This document shows positions 9,855 to 16,523 of a DNA stretch of 64,000 nucleotides, in pieces. How positions within the stretch are numbered: the stretch's first letter is position 1; every line of letters starts with the position of its first letter. Source of the stretch: Hyphomonas sp. (GTDB lineage Bacteria; Pseudomonadota; Alphaproteobacteria; Caulobacterales; Hyphomonadaceae); assembly GCF_018402285.1 (NCBI RefSeq), contig NZ_JAGYJH010000001.1:83589-147588 (forward strand), in the 5' to 3' direction. The translations under genes were made by a program, and so were the position numbers. A model generated the notes under the pieces. That model saw only the letters and a list, made by a program, of their open reading frames with translations. It was not told the origin of the DNA and searched no databases.

Positions 9855-10721
9855 ATGATCGAACTCATCATCGACAAGCGCGCGCGAGACCTTGGCGGCG
9901 GCTTTGAAGTCGGCCGCGTGCTGCCCTTTGCCAGGCGGCGGATGGTCGGCCCCTTCATCTTCTTCGACCAGATGGGCCCGGTGGATTTCGCCCCCGGCAT
10001 CCCGCGCGAACTTGACGTGCGCCCGCATCCCCATATCGGCCTTTCGACGGTCACCTATCTCTATTCCGGCGCGATGACCCACCGAGACAGCCTCGGCTTC
10101 AAGCAGGAGATCCGGCCCGGCGCCGTCAACTGGATGACCGCGGGCAAAGGCATCACCCATTCTGAACGCCTCGAGCATGCCCGCATGAACGGCGCCCACA
10201 TGTACGGCATCCAGGCCTGGGTGGCTTTGCCGCAGGAAGAAGAGGAAACCGGTCCCGGCTTCTGGCACCACCCGGCCGCCAGCCTTCCGGTCTGGAACGA
10301 GGCTGGTCTCAAGGGCCGCCTCATCGCAGGGTCTGCAGAGGGCATGGACGCAGGCGTAAACGTCCGCTCCCCGATGTTTTACATGCACTGGGACATGGAG
10401 AAAGGCGCCCGCCGCAAGGTGACCGGTGAATACACCGAACGCGCTGTCTATGTCACCACCGGCGCCGCAAACGTGGCCGGCCAGAAGATCGGCGCGGGCC
10501 AGATGGCAGTCCTTGGCAAGGGCGACGTGATCGTCACCGCGGAAGAGGCGTCCACCGTGATGGTGCTCGGCGGCGAACCGATCGGCGAACGCTTCATTTT
10601 CTGGAACTTCGTTTCCTCCTCCAGGGAGCGGCTCGAACAGGCAAAGGAGGATTGGAGACAGGGCCGGATGAAACTGCCCGATGGCGACGATCAGGAATTC
10701 ACGCCCTTGCCCGAAGGCTGA
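9855..10721 (+). CDS. Pirin family protein
   Basis: RRMVGPFIFFDQMGP and HPHIGLSTVTYLYSG motifs. ATG 9855 has an AAGGAGG RBS (9843-9849). The ORF track starts at GTG 9831. Confidence 0.9.
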   Translation: MIELIIDKRARDLGGGFEVGRVLPFARRRMVGPFIFFDQMGPVDFAPGIPRELDVRPHPHIGLSTVTYLYSGAMTHRDSLGFKQEIRPGAVNWMTAGKGITHSERLEHARMNGAHMYGIQAWVALPQEEEETGPGFWHHPAASLPVWNEAGLKGRLIAGSAEGMDAGVNVRSPMFYMHWDMEKGARRKVTGEYTERAVYVTTGAANVAGQKIGAGQMAVLGKGDVIVTAEEASTVMVLGGEPIGERFIFWNFVSSSRERLEQAKEDWRQGRMKLPDGDDQEFTPLPEG

Positions 10722-10728
10722 AGACGGT

Positions 10729-12393
10729 TCAGGCAGCTCGCCCCGAATGCGGGCGCGCCAGTGCCTCGGCATCACCCTGCTTGGTGGACGTGGCGCTGGT
10801 GTTGAACTTCAGGATATAGACGATCGAGCCGTTCCGGGCTTCGCGCATTTCGATCTGCCCACCGATGGTCTGCATCAGCGCGCGCCAGACAAGCCGGTTT
10901 TCCGAGCTTTCGGAAAGATACTCTTCGGTCAGTTCGGTCTGCATCTGGCCGTTGGCAAGCCTGGCGGCTTCGACCGAGACCCAGCCCTGCTCGCCGCGCA
11001 CGCCGCAGCGTACCCGCAGGGATCCCCCGCCCCGGCACACCTGGCCGAGCTCAAGCAGCACGGCCGAGAGCACCCGCGAAAGCACCCGCGCCGCCTTGGC
11101 GCTGTCGATCATTGTATCCTGCCCGCCCGGCTCGTCGATTTCGACGCCCAGGGTGGTGATGGCCGAGTGTTTCTGGGCAATGACCTGAGCAAGCGTCGTC
11201 TTCAGCGACACATCCGAGCCATCGACGATGCTGTCGCCGCCCTGTGTGATCGAGAGAACCTCATCCACGAGGCTGAGCGCCTGATCGGCAAAGCTGACCA
11301 TCTTGTCGCCCGCAAGGCGCACTTCGGCGTCATCAAACGGGATCTGGCTGCGCGTTTCAAAGCGCGAAGCAATCGTGCGCAGCGTGCGCAGCGGCAGGCG
11401 CAGCTCGCGTGTAACCGAGCCGACAAAGCGCTCCACGGCAAGGCGGGCTTCTTCAGCGTCACGGCGGGCCTCGTCGGCCTCCTGGCGCAGGTCGTCCATG
11501 CGCGAAACGTCCGTATGGATAATAACCCGGCCACCCGAGCTTGTCGGCACGCAGGAGCGCATCACGCCGCCCACGTCTGCCAGCTTGCGCATCTCCGTAC
11601 CGGGGCGGAAATCGGCCTGCTCGAGACCCTTGGGGAACCAGCGCTGGTGAACGGCGTTCTGGATGATCACATTGCCAGCCGCATCATAGATCGCGAAGGC
11701 TTCGGGAATGGCGGTCACAGCGTCCAGCAGCTGCTCATGGTTCTGGGCGGCGAGGCGCTTTGCCTCCATCTCCAGCAGCAGGTTGCGATAGGCGTTGAGG
11801 CTGGCGAAAGCCGAAGCCAGCGTCAGCACGATACCCAGCGCGACAATCGTAACGGGCAGGCCAACCGGTTCGAGCAGGAAACCAATCGTCGCCGTGGTAG
11901 CAGCGCCCAGAAGGAAACGGGCTGCAACATTCGCGACCGGCGAAACAACTGCCACCACGCCGGCGCACATGCCGAACACGATGGCAAACATAGAAACCTT
12001 GATGCCGACATCCCCCGTGGGCGCCAGCATAACGCAGAGGCCCCACCAGGCGCCAACGACACCGGTGGCAACTTCCGCCTTGCGCAGGAAACGTCCGCGC
12101 ACGGGCCTTGCGGACGAACGGTCCCACCGGCTGCGGCTCCAGGCGATCTGCGAAATGGCAAAAACCCAGATCGGGATCATCCATCCAAACAGAAGCGCTG
12201 TGTTGGTGCTGCCAAACAGCGTGAACACGACTGCGGCGGAATTGATGATGTTGATGAAGCCCATGACCGTGAGTAGTGACACCAGGCGATGGTGCATATA
12301 GGCAGGGATGTCAGGCGTCTCACGGCGCTTGAGCCGTCCCACTCCGACGAGCGGGAACAGTATAACGTCTGAAAGGCCAATCGACATCTTCAT
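10729..12393 (-). CDS. Membrane-bound PAS sensor, histidine-kinase-like but lacking the phospho-acceptor His (pseudo-kinase)
   Basis: About 6 TM segments and a PAS-like region. DHp-like box FVGSVTRELRLPL (the usual form is SHELRTPL). The C-terminal HATPase-like tail has no clear N/G1/G2 boxes. Start chosen at MKMSIGL (12393), because the longer ORF overlaps the divergent gene. Confidence 0.75.
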   Translation of the reverse strand: MKMSIGLSDVILFPLVGVGRLKRRETPDIPAYMHHRLVSLLTVMGFINIINSAAVVFTLFGSTNTALLFGWMIPIWVFAISQIAWSRSRWDRSSARPVRGRFLRKAEVATGVVGAWWGLCVMLAPTGDVGIKVSMFAIVFGMCAGVVAVVSPVANVAARFLLGAATTATIGFLLEPVGLPVTIVALGIVLTLASAFASLNAYRNLLLEMEAKRLAAQNHEQLLDAVTAIPEAFAIYDAAGNVIIQNAVHQRWFPKGLEQADFRPGTEMRKLADVGGVMRSCVPTSSGGRVIIHTDVSRMDDLRQEADEARRDAEEARLAVERFVGSVTRELRLPLRTLRTIASRFETRSQIPFDDAEVRLAGDKMVSFADQALSLVDEVLSITQGGDSIVDGSDVSLKTTLAQVIAQKHSAITTLGVEIDEPGGQDTMIDSAKAARVLSRVLSAVLLELGQVCRGGGSLRVRCGVRGEQGWVSVEAARLANGQMQTELTEEYLSESSENRLVWRALMQTIGGQIEMREARNGSIVYILKFNTSATSTKQGDAEALARPHSGRAA

Positions 12394-12481
12394 GCGAGTA
12401 TTACTAACAGGACATGATGAAGATGGGTTTTTACCGAACTGTGCGACCTTCAAGGTCCCTTTAACCAAAGAATAACTCTCT

Positions 12482-13756
12482 ATGAGCCCGACAAACCGGA
12501 CTTCCCTGGCAATTGTCGGCGCGGGCCCAGCGGGCCTCACCCTTGCGCAATTCCTGCGTCTTAAGGGGTATTCGGCAGCCACCCTGATCGAACAGGCAGA
12601 CCGTGTCGGCGGAAAATCCGACAGCCTTGACCTTGGCGACATCGTTGCGGAGATGGGCACGTGTTACGCCACAGGCGCCCACAAGGATGTTGTCGGGTGG
12701 ATGAAGCGCCAGGGCGGTGATCTGCGCATCCTGCGCAAGACGACGATCGATGGCGCCGGCCTGAAGGATTATATTGGCGATGCGGGCGGCCCGCCGCTGG
12801 GCGCGCAGGTGCTCAGCTATCTGGCAAAGCGCGACCGCCTTCTGAAACAATTGAAAAGGACGCCGGACAAACCTTCCCTTCTGGCCGAAGCGGCCATGCC
12901 GACGGATGCCTGGCTGGCTGAAAACAAGCTGCCGAAAATGACCCGGCTGATGTACCGCGCCATCACCTCACTCGGCTACGGTTACCTCAACGAAGTCTCG
13001 ATCTATCAGTCGATGCAATGGGTCGATCACCACACCATCCTCAGCGGGGCCACCGGAAAGCTGATCATGCCGGCGGCCGGATGGTCGGATTTCTGGAATG
13101 TCCTGTCGCAGAATTTCGATGTCCGCCTGTCCAGCAGCATCCTGAAGATCGAGCGTTCGGGACAAGACAGCCTGTTGCACTTCAAGGATGGAACCCAGCT
13201 TGCTGCAGGCGCCCTTGCCTGCACCATCCCGATGGATAACTGGGCCAGTCTGGTGAATAATCCGACGGCAGATGAAACAGCCGTCGCCGGCGCGATCACC
13301 TGGAAGGGCTATGCTACGTCGCTGATCGTGGTGGAGAACTGGTTCACCAGCGAGGACATCCGCTCCTTCTCCAAGGCCTTCCTGCCCGGCTCCTATCCCG
13401 GCCAGCTGATCTCGGCGCGCTATGAAGGTTACAGCCCGGATTTTGGCGGGCATCTCTATGTCACCGGCCAGATCCCCGGCGACTACACCCTTCCGGAACT
13501 GCGCATCTTCCTTGAGCGCGACCTGGCAGACCTCGGCGCCAGTCTCGTCAATGTGGTCAACGCAAAGACCTGGCGCTACTTTCCCCATTATGACCTGAAA
13601 GCCATCAGCGCGGGCCTCCTGGGCACCATGCGGGGCATGCAGGGCCAGGCCGGCACCTGGTATACCGGCGCCACCTTCTCGCATGAATCTGTGGCGAATG
13701 TGTCCCGCTTCAACAAGGCGCTCACGCCCGCATTACTGGCGCGCCTGAAGGGCTGA
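12482..13756 (+). CDS. FAD/NAD(P)-dependent oxidoreductase (amine-oxidase-like fold)
   Basis: N-terminal Rossmann motif LAIVGAGPAGLTLAQFL. 424 aa. Confidence 0.75.
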   Translation: MSPTNRTSLAIVGAGPAGLTLAQFLRLKGYSAATLIEQADRVGGKSDSLDLGDIVAEMGTCYATGAHKDVVGWMKRQGGDLRILRKTTIDGAGLKDYIGDAGGPPLGAQVLSYLAKRDRLLKQLKRTPDKPSLLAEAAMPTDAWLAENKLPKMTRLMYRAITSLGYGYLNEVSIYQSMQWVDHHTILSGATGKLIMPAAGWSDFWNVLSQNFDVRLSSSILKIERSGQDSLLHFKDGTQLAAGALACTIPMDNWASLVNNPTADETAVAGAITWKGYATSLIVVENWFTSEDIRSFSKAFLPGSYPGQLISARYEGYSPDFGGHLYVTGQIPGDYTLPELRIFLERDLADLGASLVNVVNAKTWRYFPHYDLKAISAGLLGTMRGMQGQAGTWYTGATFSHESVANVSRFNKALTPALLARLKG

Positions 13757-13899
13757 TCGCAATCCGTGCATGAATAAAGCGGGCGGGAGGCAGTTCATTG
13801 CGCGCCTGCATAAGTGTTATCGGCCACGGGCAGGATCACGAACCTCAGCCCAGCCCCCAGATGTCAGGCGTTGAACGACACGCCATCGGAGGCTTTCAG

Positions 13900-14526
13900 A
13901 TGTCCACACTTCTTGTCATCAATTCCAGCGCCAATACCGGCGATTCGGTGTCGCGCACCCTCATCGACGACGCCGTCGGCCAGTTCCTCGCGGCAGCGCC
14001 GGGCATCAAAGTCGTGCGCCGCGACCTTGGCACCACCCCTGTCCCCCACCTCACCACGGCGAACCTCGCCGGCGTGCGCGGCACCCCCGCCACCGAGGAA
14101 GAGCATTCGGCCCGCGCCCTGTCAGACCTCCTGATCAGCGAGCTGCGCACTGCCGACACCGTCGTGATCGCCGCACCGATGTACAACTTCTCCGTGCCTA
14201 CCAGCCTGCGCTCCTGGTTCGATTTCGTCCTGCGTGCCGGCGAGACCTTCAAATATTCCGAGGCCGGCCCGGAAGGCCTGCTGAAAGGCAGGAAGGTCGT
14301 CGTGCTCACCTCGCGGGGCGGCCTCTATTCGGAAGGCCCCGGCGCGGCCGCCGACTTCCAGGAGCCTTATCTGCGCCACCTGCTCGGCTTTGTCGGCATC
14401 ACGGATGTGACCTTCATCCACGCCGAAAAAATCGGCTATGGCCCCGACGCCCGCGCCGCCGCCATCGCGTCGGCCAGAGGCCAGATCGCCAAGGTGGCCA
14501 GCACCTTCTCCACCGTCGCTGCCTGA
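13900..14526 (+). CDS. azoR: FMN-dependent NADH-azoreductase
   Basis: MSTLLVINSSANTGDSVSR and APMYNFSVPTSLRSWFD motifs. 208 aa from the internal ATG. Confidence 0.9.
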   Translation: MSTLLVINSSANTGDSVSRTLIDDAVGQFLAAAPGIKVVRRDLGTTPVPHLTTANLAGVRGTPATEEEHSARALSDLLISELRTADTVVIAAPMYNFSVPTSLRSWFDFVLRAGETFKYSEAGPEGLLKGRKVVVLTSRGGLYSEGPGAAADFQEPYLRHLLGFVGITDVTFIHAEKIGYGPDARAAAIASARGQIAKVASTFSTVAA

Positions 14527-14569
14527 CCCTCCCGGCAACCGGCCACCCCTGCCGGATGGCAGCGACGCC

Positions 14570-14600
14570 GCGCCCGCGCTCGTCTCCCGAGCGCGGGCGC
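14570..14600 (+). terminator. GC-rich hairpin downstream of azoR
   Basis: Perfect 13-bp stem GCGCCCGCGCTCG / CGAGCGCGGGCGC with a 5-nt loop. The trailing U-tract is weak. Confidence 0.55.
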
Positions 14601-14672
14601 CTTGCGCTTGGGAGGTCGCCAATCCGTTGCTTGCCAAGCCAAAGACCACGCCTTAACGCTGCCAGGCAAGGT

Positions 14673-14706
14673 GCCGGCGTGGTGGAACGGTAGACACAGG
14701 GGACTT
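14673..14706 (+). pseudogene. 5' half of a disrupted intronless tRNA-Leu(UAA) (acceptor 5' strand to U34)
   Basis: GCCGGCG TG GTGGAACGGTAGACAC A GGGGA CTT. Its partner strands are 3.6 kb downstream at 18330..18381. Confidence 0.8.
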
Positions 14707-14749
14707 AAAATCTGTTGGCAACCCTTCACGTCTGCACGGGGTCGAGTGG
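14707..14749 (+). other. Degenerate tRNA-Leu 3'-half-like sequence at the left junction
   Basis: AAAATCTGT is identical to the start of the 3' exon of the element-borne tRNA. GGGGTCGAGTGG resembles its T arm GGGTTCGAGTCC. There is no pairing with the GCCGGCG acceptor strand. Confidence 0.45.
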
Positions 14750-14861
14750 AAAAAGTAGAAACAAGAACAGGAGGTTGTGGAGCGCTTAGAAGAATGAAAA
14801 ATTTGCAAGGGCAGAAGACTAGGAGCCAATTGGGAGCCAATACAGTCAGAAAGCCTCGCAA

Positions 14862-15196
14862 GCGGACGTGGTGGAATCGGTAGACACAACAGACTTAAAC
14901 CATGTGATTGAGTGCCCCGGTGGAAATGCCGGGAGTAGAACTGCTCAAATTCGGGGAAAGCTAAGGGTCCAGATCGGACCGATGCCAATCCCGAGCCAAG
15001 CCTGGCGAAAGCCGGGAAGGTGTAGAGACTAGACGGGCAGCATCTAAGGTCAGCGCGCTGACTATGATGAAGGGATAGTCCAGACCACAAACGGTGCCTT
15101 TTGCTTCTGCAGTCTGGGCGTCGGCGGTGAAAACCGTAGTCGGTAAGAAAATCTGTCGGGGGTATCCCCGTGCGGGTTCGAGTCCCGCCGTCCGCA
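14862..15196 (+). tRNA. tRNA-Leu(UAA) interrupted by a group I intron. Exons are 14862..14896 and 15148..15196; CCA is encoded at 15197..15199.
   Basis: Exons join to GCGGACG TG GTGGAATCGGTAGACAC A ACAGA CTTAAAA TCTGT CGGGGGTATCCCCGT GCGGG TTCGAGT CCCGC CGTCCGC A. All stems are fully Watson-Crick. Confidence 0.9.
14897..15147 (+). ncRNA. Group I (IC3-like) self-splicing intron, 251 nt, no ORF
   Basis: Inserted between U34 and A35 and ends in G. Core strings CCAAUCCCGAGCCAAGCC, GGGAAGGUGUAGAGACUAGACGGGCAGCAUCUAAGGUCAG and GAUAGUCCAG resemble the cyanobacterial tRNA-Leu intron core as I recall it. Hairpins GUCAGCG/CGCUGAC and CCAGAC/GUCUGG fit P8 and P9. Confidence 0.85.
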
Positions 15197-15502
15197 CCAT
15201 TCTTGTTTGATCCCGTGTCTCTGCGCTCAAATAAATCGTGCTCATGGTTGCGGTGCGGTTCGAGCTGGCTCCTCGCGCCCGGACCATTCTCTCCCACTGA
15301 AACGAAGACTGAGCGCTGGGGCGCCGGTCTCAGGCATTTCTTGGTTTGACGGAGGGAACGACGGCAAGTCAGCAGCATGGCGACAGACCCGCCCTTGGGG
15401 AGCTTTGATCGTCCGTCATTTCGTATCCCTTGGGTTTACCAAGTGCGATGCATTCAAGATACCGAGCTTATCAAATTTCGAAAGCCAGCTATTTTGTATC
15501 CC

Positions 15503-16300
15503 ATGACGCGACAAAACGAGACAAAGCTAAAATGGCTGCTGGAGACCGTACTGCCGGGTCGGCTGGTCGATACGCCGACGCTGGAGCGTCATGGCATCAC
15601 GCGCATGCTTGCCCACAAATACATAGACAGCGGCTGGCTCGAACCTGTCGTGCGCGGACTCTACCGACGTCCGCAGGCCGACGTTCGCAGCGAAGACTGG
15701 CAACTCGTCGTGCGCTCGCTGCAGCACGGTATGGACTATTCATCAGTCGTCGGCGGACGCACTGCGCTGGAGCTACAGGGGCTCGCTCACTACGTGCCGA
15801 TGCGAGGTGATCAGGACGTCCACCTTTATGGCGATGCGCACCCGACCTGGCTGAAGCGGCTGGATGCGGCTGGACGCTACCGGCTGCACAGCACCAAACT
15901 GTTCGACATGAGCGCTGATGAGGAGACGACGGAGGTCGACTCACCCGTCGGCCCGCTAAAGTGTTCAACGCCGGAGCGTGCCATCCTCGAGCTGCTGGAT
16001 GAGCTGCCAAGGTATGAGAGCGCTCATACAGTCGATAAGGTCTTTGAAGGCCTCGCCTCTGCGCGCCCCCGCAGACTGGAGAAGCTGCTGGCGTCATGCA
16101 CGAGCATCAAGGTGAAGCGCCTCTTCTTCGTCTTCGCCGACAAGCACGGCCATGCCTGGCGTCGTCATCTCTCGCCAGAACGGTTCGACCTCGGTTCGGG
16201 GCCTCGTGCCCTCTTTGAGAACGGCCACTACCATCCACACTACGCCATCTCCGTGCCGCCGGAACTGATGCCGCAAAGTGAGGCTCGCGATGGTGCGTGA
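15503..16300 (+). CDS. abiEi: Type IV TA system AbiEi family antitoxin / transcriptional regulator
   Basis: N-terminal wHTH-like KLKWLLETVLPGRLVDTPTLERHGITRMLAHKYIDSGWLEPVVRGLYRR, then VVGGRTALELQG. 265 aa from ATG 15503. Confidence 0.8.
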   Translation: MTRQNETKLKWLLETVLPGRLVDTPTLERHGITRMLAHKYIDSGWLEPVVRGLYRRPQADVRSEDWQLVVRSLQHGMDYSSVVGGRTALELQGLAHYVPMRGDQDVHLYGDAHPTWLKRLDAAGRYRLHSTKLFDMSADEETTEVDSPVGPLKCSTPERAILELLDELPRYESAHTVDKVFEGLASARPRRLEKLLASCTSIKVKRLFFVFADKHGHAWRRHLSPERFDLGSGPRALFENGHYHPHYAISVPPELMPQSEARDGA

Positions 16301-16433
16301 GCGATATGTGGATCAGGTCCGGCTGCTGGTCGATATTCTGCCAGCCGTAGCGGCAGAGGACGACTTCGCCCTGAAAGCCTGTGCGGCGATCAACTTTCAT
16401 GTTATATTACTGATCGGGAAGATTTTAGCATAA
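16290..16433 (+). pseudogene. Truncated AbiEii/AbiGii nucleotidyltransferase toxin (first ~37 codons only)
   Basis: Start overlaps the abiEi stop. MVRERYVDQVRLLVDILPAVAAEDDFALKACAAINF matches the conserved toxin N-terminus (..ALKGGTAINLF..). Similarity ends near 16400, where an AT-rich junction begins. Stop at 16431. Confidence 0.7.
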
Positions 16434-16458
16434 ATATACCGCCAAGAGCTTACAACTA

Positions 16459-16519
16459 CCCGTTCGGGAACATTTTGCTTGACGCCAGCCCGCTAATCAC
16501 ATATCTTCCCGTTCAGGAA
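16459..16519 (+). promoter_or_regulatory. Putative sigma70-like promoter flanked by two 12-bp direct repeats (candidate HTH operators)
   Basis: TTGACG (16479-16484), 17 nt, TATCTT (16502-16507). CCCGTTCGGGAA at 16459-16470 and CCCGTTCAGGAA at 16508-16519. Confidence 0.4.
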
Positions 16520-16523
16520 GATA

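Noticed and set aside
14673-14760. Reading 14673 onward as a complete, contiguous tRNA-Leu gene.
   Set aside because: The anticodon stem GGGGA does not pair with TCTGT. No T-arm hairpin forms, and no strand complementary to the GCCGGCG acceptor follows. Only the 5' 34 nt are tRNA-like.
14897-15147. Possible homing endonuclease inside the group I intron.
   Set aside because: The intron is only 251 nt, with no open frame of useful length on either strand. It is an ORF-less intron.
14653-15378. A 241-aa minus-strand ORF spanning the tRNA and intron region.
   Set aside because: It overlaps an intact tRNA-Leu and a structured group I intron. Its translation includes the classic tRNA-derived artefact (..RTAGLEPA.. 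in the sister ORF). No RBS or protein motif is present.
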